Assembly (NCBI RefSeq): GCF_000150275.1
Contig: NW_002060944.1
Location: 2,828,152 to 2,892,151 of the forward strand
Source of the DNA: Trichoplax adhaerens
Lineage: Eukaryota; Animalia; Placozoa
Length of the DNA: 64,000 nt
Reading direction: 5' to 3'
Of this stretch, positions 28,391 through 40,900 are shown one piece after another (position 1 is the stretch's first letter; every line of letters begins with the position of its first letter). Below the pieces are notes generated by a model. That model saw nothing but the letters and a program-made list of their open reading frames with translations, ran no database searches and was not told the origin of the DNA. The translations under genes and the position numbers were made by a program.

Positions 28391-30477
28391 ATGGCTTTTG
28401 GACACTACTTTCTGATTGTTTTATTATGCTTTATCGTCGTGCAAAGTTCTCCAGTTAAAAAGTAAGCAAATATATGCGCTAATATTACGTAATCATCATT
28501 CATCTTAATATTTAGAGTCTTCTGCTATAAGATTTTGGGCATTAAAGTATATTAAAATCGTTATAGCGATTTTATATTAAAAGTATAACATAGATGTTTT
28601 CAAGTAATGATGTATACCGTAGCACAGTATTATTTTGATCATGTTTTAACTGAGAATAAATCTATCATGATGCTCGATCTATCAAGTCTTAAAGTAATAT
28701 TACAGATAAATAAATGTTAAAGTCACAACAATTTTGCTTTAATGAATTTTCTGGGGTGCCTGAAAATATTAGAGAAGATAACATGCTCTTGGATAGGTTA
28801 GTGTTCTCATTCAGAAAATTACATTACGATGATGCATTCGATATAGCAGAATTCCGTTAAAAAATAAACTATGTATTTTCTTAACTTAAATCTTTGCTGT
28901 CCGACGCTCATAATTACAGCTCAGTAAATTTTTATGGCACGTTGAATAATTTAATGTTGATTTAAACTAAATAGTTATAATACATTTTGAGAGTGCGGTT
29001 TCTAATATTGACTTTTACTCTTATCTTTTACGTCAGATACATGGACAATTCAGCAAAGAGGTAAGACACATGCTTATCTTTAAGTTTGCTTTTGCTTCAA
29101 TCTATACACCATATATACATTAGGTAAAAGTTAGTCTAAAGCAAAAAGGTCATTTATGTCGATGATTCTTCATTTAAAGTATTGCTATCTTACTGCTATT
29201 CCTTTACCATAAACCAGCTTATAATTTAGTATTAGTCCTAGTCTATGACTAACTCTATTTCGAATAACATTACTATAAGGGCAAAATAGTACCTTAACAC
29301 CAATATCCATATAGGGATTAGTACCAAGTTTTAGCTTTCAAATATAATAATATACGAGTACAAGAACTTCAGAGCTAAAACTAAATACTTCTCATAATTC
29401 TAATATTCTATGTATTAATTACTAATATTTAATTTAAAAATATTCATATTTTCTAGCGAAGAATTTCGGTAAGCATAGCGCTATTATATCACAATGTAAT
29501 CATAATCACATTGCAATACAAGTTACGCTGACTGCAAACTAATTCTATCCCCCGAAAAGCTATGCTAGACGCAGTGGATTTCCTTGGAAGAGGTAAGAGT
29601 ATGAATTTAAAACTTGTAGGTGATAATATCTATTTCTTAGAAGAGGCTAATATCTAAAAGCATACCTAGTAACGTTCGCGGTTTATGCGAATATGTAGTT
29701 GATTAGTGCGAATAAATACAGTATCTATTGCTCTGAAGTCATAAATTAGCTCCGTATCTCTAAAGGGTATGGCTTTATTTTCTTGCTTAAAGTATGCATT
29801 GCCATATTTACCCTGATAAAGAATGATTAAAATGATTTTCTTGAGTATCTTTTTAGATAATTACTAAATACTCGATAATAATTTCTAAATATCGATAATT
29901 TTAGGGACCAAAATCCAACAGAGGGGTGAGAATAAGACTAAATCAGCATGAGATAATCATGGCTATAGAACTAATAAAAGCTACTATTTATCATTAAATA
30001 TTCCCACTACAAGATAATTGCAATTAACATAAAATATTTGTTATACCTTATTTAAAAAATACCGTAAAAATTTAGGCCGCCATTTCTTTGGAAAAGGTGA
30101 ATGATATATGTAGAAGATATTATCGACGATTTCTATTATTTTATGAACCTAGAGTTACTGATTACACCATTTACAGTGTGTTTCACTACCCTTCCGATAT
30201 AAAATATACCGATATACTTACTGTTCCTTGATTAAAAAAATTGTCCAATATTTAACACCAGCTTACTATTTTACTGCACTTCATTTATTTTCATAATAGG
30301 TCAGAAGACCGTGCTCTAGATTATAAAGAAGCAAAAATCATGGAAAACTTGAAACAGAAGTATAACAAGGCTGAACTTGATGCGTTCATCGAAGGTTTAA
30401 CGATGCGAAAAACTTTAAAAACTTATCTAAAAGCTAACATGTTCAAAGCCTTTAAGAAAGCATCTTTACAGCATTAA
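28391..30477 (+). CDS. Micro-exon-encoded secreted neuropeptide-like prohormone (~124-127 aa)
   Basis: Kozak gccATGg. Exons 28391-28461, 28773-28796, 29037-29060, 29457-29468, 29560 (or 29569)-29592, 29905-29925, 30076-30096 and 30300-30477; all introns are GT-AG and phase 2. Protein: MAFGHYFLIVLLCFIVVQSSPVKKEDNMLLDRYMDNSAKSEEFR(YAR)RSGFPWKRDQNPTEGPPFLWKRSEDRALDYKEAKIMENLKQKYNKAELDAFIEGLTMRKTLKTYLKANMFKAFKKASLQH*. Confidence 0.8.
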
Positions 30478-32559
30478 TATCCGTGAAAGCTGAAGTTCTA
30501 CAGAGAATTGGCAGGTTAGGATAAATATATAAATGATCAATGTTCACTTCTAATATTATAAACTACTAACCTCCAGAATGGTATACGTATATAACTTCTT
30601 AAAACGGTGCCATAATGATTACGTTTATGTTCACTAGGTGCAGTATGTTCTAATATACGATCTGGAAAGCAGAAAGACTTAAATTTGAGACCAGTGATAT
30701 TCTAGGATTAAGATATCAAATTTACTGCAATTGCAGCAATAGTGAAACTCTAGCAATAATAATTCACGTAATAAATATGCATATATTCGTGCACAATTCT
30801 CTAGTCTATAGTGTCAATTAAGTACCAATATTATAATACAGCAATATTTGAGTTTACGTGTATACCTGAAGTAAAGAATTTGCAGCACTAATGTTTAAAA
30901 AATTACGATAGTTATTGCTATAATCGTAATTGTGGTCTATTTCAATCTGAATAAATCTGCATAGAACCATTGAAAGAATGATATGCCAGGAATAGAGCTG
31001 TAAATGTTGTAACAGTAGGAAAATAAAATAAAGCTTATAGATCCGAAACTTCATATCCTTTCGCATCCTTCATAAATATTCTACCATGCTTGCTCAATTC
31101 TCAGACAATATATTTGAATGTGTACCTTACCTGAATGCAACTACGAGTGATGTGTTGTAATAATACATAAAACTGCCTCAGTTTAATAGTTACTTAACGA
31201 AAGATGTCTCCAATTCTATAGACTATTTCATGATAGCCATGATGTTGAGATCTATTCTTGCTCTTTAGTTTTCGAATTTAGAAACACGAAAATTACGTTT
31301 TACTGTATGCAATGAAATAATTAGCTTACTCTTTGCAAATTAATTTTACCTAGCCGCTTCAGATTGATCACGAAGCACTATAAAGCTAATCCGATAGCAG
31401 ATGCTCAAGAATGCGTTATCGTGTCTTATACCCTATTACTTTGTATAAACCTTTACTGCTAACTCAAAACATATAGCGATATCTGCTTCACTAAATAAAA
31501 GTTATTTCTTTTTACTATTAATGATTTTTTAGAATTTAATATATTTCTATTTTATAAAAACCCTCAAATAAACAATCATGAATGGATATTATTATATTCC
31601 GTCCTCCATTTTACTTACTAATATGATACAAGTACGAAAGAATTGCAATCTTTCTACTTTGAACTACCCCATGTGTTTGAATATATCACAAATTTAAGCA
31701 CGTGTCGTAGTTACTAGCATGAAGATTACTCATCAAATGCTACTGTACATTTCATATTTTAATATGAAATGTATCAGCGAAATTCTAAAAGTTACGAAAC
31801 CAAGCACAGAGGGTATACCAACGTGGAAGAAATTATCGATATGCGTGTTTATTTGATAAAACTTATCTACGGATTATAATCGACTATCCATATACGTAGT
31901 TCAATGTTTATCGAGTGATCATACTTACCGAATAAACCATTATCGGGAAACTGTTCAAAATTTAAGTGTATTTCGGACCAGTAACAAGGAAGTTACTCTA
32001 TTACAATTACATTGCGACCAAAGTAGACTATTTCGACAAACAAAATAACCGTTGAATTGTTCATGCTTTTTGATATCGAAAATGCCACTACTTTTCTATT
32101 ATTTGGCCAATATAATAAATAAATATATACAATAGCAAAAAATTTCGCAATAAGTAATTTTCGTGTACGTTCTTAGAAACATTCCACAGTAGTAGCCTTT
32201 ATTTAGAGTTCATGCTGGATTACAATTTTTATATCTTCAACAAATGATGCTGATATATACCACAAGCAATAAGTAATGAAATATTAAGAGTACTATAATC
32301 CTAGCGCTATTGATATTCATTACATAGAAGCTTCTTTTAAATAATGATCGTTGCATAGTCAATATCATAACAATAAGTAAGTATCATTATTACCTATTTC
32401 GAAATTAGTCCAGGCATACACATTAATATAATCTAGTTAGTAGCGATAATAATGGAAATCTACGCCTTGCCTGCATGCGTAAAAGCGACTCTCATATTAT
32501 TACATCGGATCTTCATCAATATACCAGAGTAATGGTTACAAGTGATGTTATTTTCAAAT

Positions 32560-32870
32560 TGTTAGAACTTAGGTGAAAACTGCGACAATAGTGATACTGC
32601 CAGGCCGTTTATTAAAATACATCTTTTGGTCCTGTGTATTTGTAGCAGTTTTTAGGTATTATAAAACTAGGTCATGTTCTAGTATCTTCCTAATGTGTTT
32701 ATAGAAGGCATTGCTAAGATTATCCGTTCTAATGATTTGTTTATTGAATTTCTTATTAAAATAGTGCTGTCGTAATTTGGAAAATGCCTTTATATGTTTA
32801 TCTAACGCCTGGGATAGCAATTTATATGAGTGAGCTTGGCTCATGCACTTTATCGGACTAACACTGTGAT
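32560..32870 (-). mobile_element. Possible decayed non-LTR retrotransposon (CR1/L2-like) fragment
   Basis: ORF 32844-32659 (...KQIIRTDNLSNAFYKHIRKILEH) resembles the basic linker between endonuclease and RT of CR1/L2-type ORF2. Downstream sequence is disrupted and no RT motif was seen. Confidence 0.3.
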
Positions 32871-32968
32871 AAAGATCACAGTTAATTCATTCGGACCAGA
32901 TCAAGATTAGGTTCCCGTTATAGTAATCTCCATAAGAAAATACGGATAGTTTATCAAAATAATATCAT

Positions 32969-35900
32969 TTAGATAAGTATTGGTTCCACTTTTAATTGGA
33001 TTAATGGGTTGGGCAGAATGAACATACCACATCGACGTGGTTCAATGCACTGATTTGCGGAAGGTAAACTAAATTTGAAATTAAATAATAACTTAGCCAA
33101 AGTAATCTTCATTTCGGTCATAGCAAATCTTTTGCCCATACAGGTACGTGAACCGATAGAAAAAGATAAAACCCCATGATCTCGAACGTCTTCACGTTTA
33201 AATCGTTCCGGATTAAACTCATTACCATTTGGAAATGCATCATCGCACCTATAGTTTAGTTATTAATGCACAAAAATAATAAAAAATTACCAATTTAGCA
33301 ATTAAGTTCAAGATTTGTAGAAAATATTGCGTATTGCAATAAGTACGTGGTACTAGTACCTCTGGCAAACAGCTAAGGCAATATATATAAGGGTTCCAGC
33401 AGGAATTTTATAATTTTGTATGACATCATCTTTCTTAGCGACACGTCGCAGAACGTCAACTGGAGGATACAGTCTTATGTATATAGATAGGAAGTTTTAA
33501 CTGCAAGTATTATTAATATGATAAGTGCTATAAGTACTATGAGAGCAAACCTAAGCGTTTCCATGATAATAAATTCAATATATTTCAGTTGGTCTAAATC
33601 AGAATTAGCTAGATCACGATCTTGTTGTAGTACATTCTGAATCTCTGTTCGTGCTTTATCCTGAATTTTAGGATGTTTCGCTAATAAATATAGCGTCCAT
33701 GACAATGCAGCTGTAGCAGTCTAAATTAAAGAAAAGTGCATGTAGATCTAAGCATTTGATATTAGATGAATCAACCAATTTATTAAACATAAATGTCGAT
33801 TGATTACCTCACGTCCTGCCATCATAAATGTTAAAATATTGTCACGTAGCTGCTTATCCGTAAATGCCGGTTTACCAGTCTCATCTTTAATGTCCATTAG
33901 AATATCCAACAGATCGACATCTGAAATTAATTACATAATCATTAGACAATACGGTGCAAAATGGATTATCTCGACACTTGCGTATAAAAAATAACCGAAC
34001 CGGATGTTGATCTCTGTCTTGAATTTCTCTTTAATGCTATCGTAGAATCGATCGCTTTACGCACAACACTTAATCCTGCTTCAATTTCACGGTTGCATGC
34101 CAGAGGAAGATACTGAAAATATGGTATAAACTGTACCAAGCTAAAATAGAAATATATTGGTAGGCTTTTAAGTCTTTTTTACGAATAATGTTAACAAAGC
34201 AATTGCAGGCTCATTTATCTTAATTAATGATGAATATAAGGCTCATTCATACCCGAATAACTGTCCGGTAACAGCACGATTGAAAACTGCGCTAATATTC
34301 TTAGCATCTATATTACACCCAGATAAAGCCTCAAACTCATATCCAAAGGTACAACGACCCATAATATCAAGAGTCTAAAATTAAAACCGCTCAATAAGAC
34401 TAAAGATCTTCTGATTCCAATTAACTGGGTTGGCACTATCGATAAGTGCTATGTATACTACTGTAGAAATACTAGTAGCTTCAATATGTTCATTTAGTAC
34501 TTTTGCCATGCTATCGTTATGAATTGAATTAGTTTCCTTGAAGATTTATTTTAGTACAACAATTTCAAGGAATTATGAATATTATACAACATACCAATTG
34601 TTTAAAATATTTTTGGACACAGATAATACCATCATTGCTCTGTGAAAGATTATGTCGCCATAGTTGACATAAGGAAGTTACATACATATTGAACACAGTA
34701 GTCATGACTATAAATGAAAAGGAAATGAAGTCAATTTATAATACGTCTATAGCAAATTAATGGACAATTTATCAATATTGTATCAACTTAGTAAAAGTAA
34801 AATAACAATACCAGTGATGCTATCTGCATTGAAAGCAGCCGGTGCAATCATTCCTCTATATTTTGCATGATCCCTTCCAGTAGAAGCCATCACACCATCT
34901 CCAATAAGGCGTTGATTGACCCTAGTAAAGACACAAATGCACAAATAATCCTATATATTAGACGATATAAGTATGGGCCCTCTATCTAACAGCATTTAAG
35001 GGCTAATTTTTTTATTCTTTTTTTTATGCTTTCAGAATTTAAGATTTAGTAATTATCGAAGTTAATAGAAACATAAAGATATGTTTTCTTGGTATATACT
35101 GTATTGATTTTTCACTTACTGAAAGGCTTTCTGTTTTTCATAGTTCTTGTGATTAACGATTAAAACATGATTTATAGCCTTGGGGCAACTGATCATGACA
35201 ATATCTTCGTTGAATACGTTATGAAAGTGTACAAATTTGCCGTATTTCTCAGTCCATCTAAAAAGTCATATTAAATCGATCATTTCTGAATAATGTAGAG
35301 TAGGGGTACTATTTTAATGTCGTATTAGTTTATTTAAAATCCTATTTGTTACTAAAAGCAAGCATTGTAAAAACAATCATTACAGAATCCTGTATCGCTA
35401 TAGCTACTCTTACTTGATTTCGATTTCCATTGGCCTTGATGAGTATAAATCATAAAGATTGCCAATGACGGGACGAAAAGCTGGCCCAGGCATCTAGATA
35501 ATTACGATAATATGCATACCTAATAATGCTTACGATAATTTTTACTCTTTTGCACGGCAGAATTATGGGCTAAGAAGTAACGTCACAACTGCTATAAAAG
35601 TTGTTCATTTATTACATCAATTTCGATGATGCAATGTCAGTTTGCTTTGTTAGCATCCTCAAGTAATAATAACAAGCATCTAAGTATACAATTATAAATT
35701 TGTGAATAAGAGAAAAATTAAAATAAACAGAAGTATCGGATTCACTATTGATAGCGCAAAACCATTGGACGTTTGATAAACTTCTTAATTGCAATACTGT
35801 ATTCACTTTTAGGATTGCTCGCATCTACGCGTAACTTACATCCTACAGAAGAAAGGGCATCATCTCTGATCAATTGCTATAGCAATCCACTAGTATACAG

Positions 35901-36482
35901 TATGATAGCGCTTCGCTAGACCATGGACTATCCATCTACAGTACGGGTCTGGAAAACGATTGACGATGACGTTGTAGCCCACTTTGTTATCCACTACTCG
36001 TTGAAAATTGTATATTCCTTATGGTATAATGGCATTTTTTCTGTGTGATATGATGACAAGTTAGGCTTACTTTTACAGTCCATAAGTAGTAATACGATAT
36101 TGATGTCGATTAGGATACCTGTATGATCATGGTTTATGATATGATGATACTATACTGGTGTAGTAACCTGTTGCAGGAATAACGCTACGTTAGCAACAAC
36201 ATGGACGCCATCGTCATCCTATCAGCTAGAGTAGTTTTTGTATCACACTCTCTCTCTCATGGACTGATTTACTATTCGTTATGGAGGATTGATCATGCCA
36301 TAGTTTGATCGATTGGGTACAAATCAGTAGATTGATAATATCGATCCTACCTGTTTTAATGGCGAAAAGTACGGCTTAATGAAACATTTATATGCAACAT
36401 AGACCGCATAAGTTGCCAATGATACCTTGAATCCAACCTTGATGACATACGTAAACGACGATGAGTTGTCATTTAGCGTCAT
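32969..36482 (-). CDS. Cytochrome P450 (paralogue A), 11 exons
   Basis: Exons approx. 36482-36351, 35493-35414, 35257-35119, 34921-34812, 34707-34595, 34374-34253, 34141-34000, 33920-33808, 33720-33551, 33473-33360, 33248-32969. Contains the N-terminal membrane anchor, PGP motif, I-helix MMAGRETATA, ExxR (METLR), FNPERF and heme motif FSIGSRTCMG. Confidence 0.95.
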
Positions 36483-36614
36483 TTCGCAGAAACGATCATA
36501 ACAAGATGTGTAATAGAACAACTTAATTTTATAGCTAGTGCGTTGCGATCGATGATGAAGTTGAAGGCACTAATCTTGTAATTTAGCTATTGCTTGGCGT
36601 ATTTGCCACTCAAC

Positions 36615-37865
36615 GCCTTACAGTACAGGACTTGAGAATTCTATTGATTATTTATTTTATTTTTAGAAGTCTGATGCCGTAAATAAACTGTTTCTCGATG
36701 TCTGCACAGCAGTCTACAGTAGTACTGTACAGTACAGTCTGTACTGTACAGTACTGTACTGTACTGAACGTTACCGTCCTAAGCCTGTTACAGTACTGTA
36801 CCTGTACAGTGTATAGTACTGTAGTGGGAGGCCGAGTATCATCCATTGTACTGAAGTACTGTACTGTACTGTACAGTACAGTACGACGAAGTGATAGTGA
36901 GTTTATTGATACTTGATACTCGGATAGGGTATCGGTATTGGGCCAATAGATATACCGTCGTCTTTCAGACCATCCGCCTCAATATCAGGCCAAAACACAA
37001 ACTACTGTATCAGGCCAAGAATGGATACAACCCTTCCAAAAACACAGTTGTCGCTTGACAAGAGTACTATGACAGTCGGTTCCATCCAGCAGAGTACTGC
37101 AATAGCGAAAATCCTGCATAATTAATTCATGAATCCTAGTTCTGCCAGTAGCGTATCAAGAGCGCTTCGATGTCGTCATCATGGACTTCGACCCCAGTAC
37201 AGTACGGTACAGTATTTGTACTGTAAATTACAATCAAGTACTGTACTGTACACTGTACTGTACAGTACTGTACAGTACAGTACCATACCGTACGATACAC
37301 AGTACTGTACAGTATGCACTGAGCACCGACGTACTGTACAGTACAGTACAGTACTGTACTGTTCTGTTGTGAAAGTGAAGAATTTGCCTGAGACACCGAC
37401 TACTGTACAGTGTACAGTACCATACCGTACGATACACAGTACTTGTACAGTGTACAGTACAGTATGCACTGAGCACCGACGTGTACTGTACAGTACAGTA
37501 CAGTACTGTTCTGTTGTGACAGTGAAGAATCTGCCTGAGCCACCGACTATGTACTGTACACTGTACTGTACACTGTACAGTACAGTAGGATTATTATGAG
37601 ACTAGAGTCACTAGACACAACACAGCTGATTTCAGATTTGAGATTTCAGACGCCAGCCGGTACAGTACAGTCCAGCACTGTACAGTGCACAGTGTACAGT
37701 ACTTTACTGTCCTGGAATGTACTGTACACTGTATAGCAGGATTATTATCAGGCAGACACAACACAGCTGATAGGAGATTTCAGACGCCAGTCGCTTTTCC
37801 TGGCTGATTTCTGTTAGAATCATCCCTTGTTGTACTGTATATATGTCACTATATATATATATAGT
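36615..37865. repeat. TACAG/CTGTA pentamer low-complexity repeat with internal duplications, in the divergent CYP promoter
   Basis: Dense tactgtacagta-type arrays on both strands. A ~135-bp unit is duplicated (~37278-37410 vs ~37416-37555), and agacacaacacagctgat...gagatttcagacgccag occurs twice (~37613 and ~37753). Confidence 0.9.
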
Positions 37866-37968
37866 GCAGTATATATAGATGCTATACAATCAGAGGATAT
37901 TATTATTATCCGAGTAACAGGCGTATATCCACCTTATCCAGTTGATTAACATCATTTTCCGTGCTATC

Positions 37969-40900
37969 ATGGTATTCCATCACATCGATATCAAGGCATG
38001 TGTCTTAGCCATATTGATCGCAGCCATCAGTTGGATTATTCATATTGTTGTTATCAAGAGACTGACATCACCGTTGCGCAAGGTTAGTATACCGCAGTCA
38101 GCGGACTACGAAATGCAAATGATAATAATAGCTATCCAACGTGATGGCACGATAGGCGATTTCGCAATGGATCCGAACTAACACTAACTTTGGCAAATAA
38201 CCATTCATTTGATAATTGAACAATAAACCAAATCAGTTTGTAGTCATTCGCTTCCATACACGTAAAATCCACTCGCATATCGATCATCTTACAGTATATA
38301 CTTTATGTCCTACATGGAGTATAGTTACATGTTATAATATTGAGACTGCTAACAAGTAAACTATTTACGCGTGAGAAATCTATTGTATTCTTCTACACTA
38401 CTCTTACATACTATAGTATGCGAGCATAGGTAGTTCATGAATTAGTAATATACAATTAAATAGAGATATAGAGTATAAAATGCCATTCATAGATAAACGA
38501 TAATAATTGCAATTGGTACATTAAATACTTTATTACCGATGCTCTTCCAAATGAACAGTTACATGTCTACGATGTTTTAGGACTGTGTTATGGATGTTGG
38601 CGTAACTTGCACTTAATGAACGCGTTACTTCTTGACCGTCTAATAATTTAGATTCCTGGCCCACGAACTTGGTCGTTGTTAGGCAATACGCTGCAATTAA
38701 TGCAAGAAAGCGCTGGCGATTCTCATCTTAGGTTGGATAAAAAGAATCATTGTCTAATAGCATCAAACACTACGATTAATGTTGAATGAAATAACAAATT
38801 TGCTGTATTAGTCAAATCTCATATGCTTAACATAATATAAATACTAGTCATTCATTGCTCTAGTGATCATATATTCTGTAAATGCAAATATAAAAATATA
38901 CCATACAAGTCTAAAAGAGATGATAATGCCGTTGTTGATAATACTGCTATACCAGTTAACAGTCATAGCAGCTATTAGTAGTAATCGTTTCCCTGTCGTT
39001 ATTTGACTTAGATGGTCACTACAGTATGGAAAAATCTTTCGATTTGAACTACCGTTTACTAGCGAACGGGTAGCAATATTGGATGCTGATCTCATAAAGC
39101 AAGTACTGGTCACAAGATGCTCGAAATATCGAAAACCCGAACGTTTCTCTATGTTCGTAAAATACAAATTAATCATTAATCTCAGATGATGATACTACCT
39201 ACTATACCTGTATACTTTGAATTTTAGATAACTTCGTAGCTGGTTATATGATAATTAAATTACTGTATCGTACACGATTCGCTGTTGAAATTGATCACTA
39301 TAGCAAGAGACGACAGAATTCAATGATATAAGATACAAATACTATCTCCGAATTTTATTGCATCTTTGTCGTATAATTCATGCAGGTTTTTGGGGCCAAT
39401 TATCGGGAATGGATTGTTTCTGTTAGAAGGGCCAACACATGCTCACTATAGAAAAATAATCAATCCTGCATTTAAATATTCAAAGATTAAAGGTGACGTA
39501 CAAGTCGGTGTTGCAATTAAAATTATTGACTTTGTGTACACAAAACCTTTATACGCTAGCAATCACTTCTGGTTCAGTGGTAGATTAACTATGTTTTTGA
39601 TAACCGTCGGATACCATAACATAACCTCTTTCAGCTTTATATTAGCCATTCCGATTATATTTTAATTACAGCGAGAACTTATCAGTTCTATAGCTAGTAA
39701 GATTTCTTTATCGACCCTACAATTAAATTCAATCAATCTATCTTATTATGCACAGAGATGATGCCTATGTTTCAACACTTTACGGATATATTAGCTGAAA
39801 AATGGCGCAAGGAAATTGATTCAAAAGACCAGGGAAAGGCCGTTATCTGTGTACAAGACAATTTGACTAAACTCACTCTAGATATCATATGCAAAAGCTC
39901 TTTTGGTTACGACTGCAATGCATTAACTGACGAGAGCGTCAAAATATCTCAATGTTTCAACACAGTACTGCAAAATCTTGCGGTCAAGTATGTAAACTTT
40001 CAAATTTACGCTTGCATTCACTTTGAACATTTCTCCTAATTTACACTTGAATGCTTACACAAGTTAGCGTAACAGTGTTCCGCGTTTACACACGTTTTTA
40101 TCAGCACTAGATACTGTATTCCAATCTATTAACATTTCATATTAATTTTTAATTTTTATTGCCACAGTTGGAGAAATTTTATTCCAATGTATAAATCATT
40201 GCCTACCCCTGATAACCTGAAAATCCGAAGATCTCTTAATTTGGCTCATCAACTTGTTGATAAAGTCATCGAAGAAAAACTGCAAGAAACAGATTCAAGT
40301 AATACTACTATTCTTCTATTGTAGCCTTGCTTGAGGTTACAAAATTTATAGTAGCATGGAATTAATATATAAAGGATATATTGAATTAAATATCTATAGT
40401 ATTAACGGCACCTTGTAGAAAATTTTATAGCTTATTAATATAATTCCAGTTAAAGAAAGCAGCTGCCTTTTGGATAGTATGATATCACTAAAACAAGAGG
40501 ATAATACTCCAGCTCTAACAAAACAAGAACTGCATGATCAAGTAATGACATTCATGTTAGCTGGACACGAGGTGACGCCATTAAGAACTGATTTTGGTTG
40601 TAATGATCACAGTTTATATTCTTTAATATTTTATCATCGATATAATGAATAAGCTATCGATTGATTCCTTTGCGATGTAATGTTATACTTCAATATTACT
40701 TATTGCATACTCAAATAGTCGCATTATATCAGAGCAGGTGTAAACTGATATTGATATATATGTGCTTGTTGTAGACTACAAGCGTAGCACTAACATGGGC
40801 ATTGTATGCCTTGGCTAATAACCCGAAAATTCAAATTAAAGCAAGGCGAGAAATTAAGGATGTACTCAACAACTGCGATGAAATTTCATGTGAAAAACTT

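Noticed and set aside
29037-30320. Alternative reading frame of the micro-exons giving amidation-like DFLGR and HFFGK motifs
   Set aside because: Exon 1 fixes phase 2 and the terminal exon is open for 58 codons only in that frame. GR/GK is simply what W-K-R codons produce when shifted by one base.
30854-31130. Hydrophobic 70-aa minus-strand ORF with nearby splice-like signals
   Set aside because: No coherent multi-exon model, the implied intron is only ~50 nt, and hydrophobicity is expected from AT-rich DNA.
36652-37889. Overlapping Cys/Tyr/Thr/Val-rich ORFs on both strands
   Set aside because: These are translations of the TACAG pentamer repeat, which has few stop codons; they have no protein-like composition.
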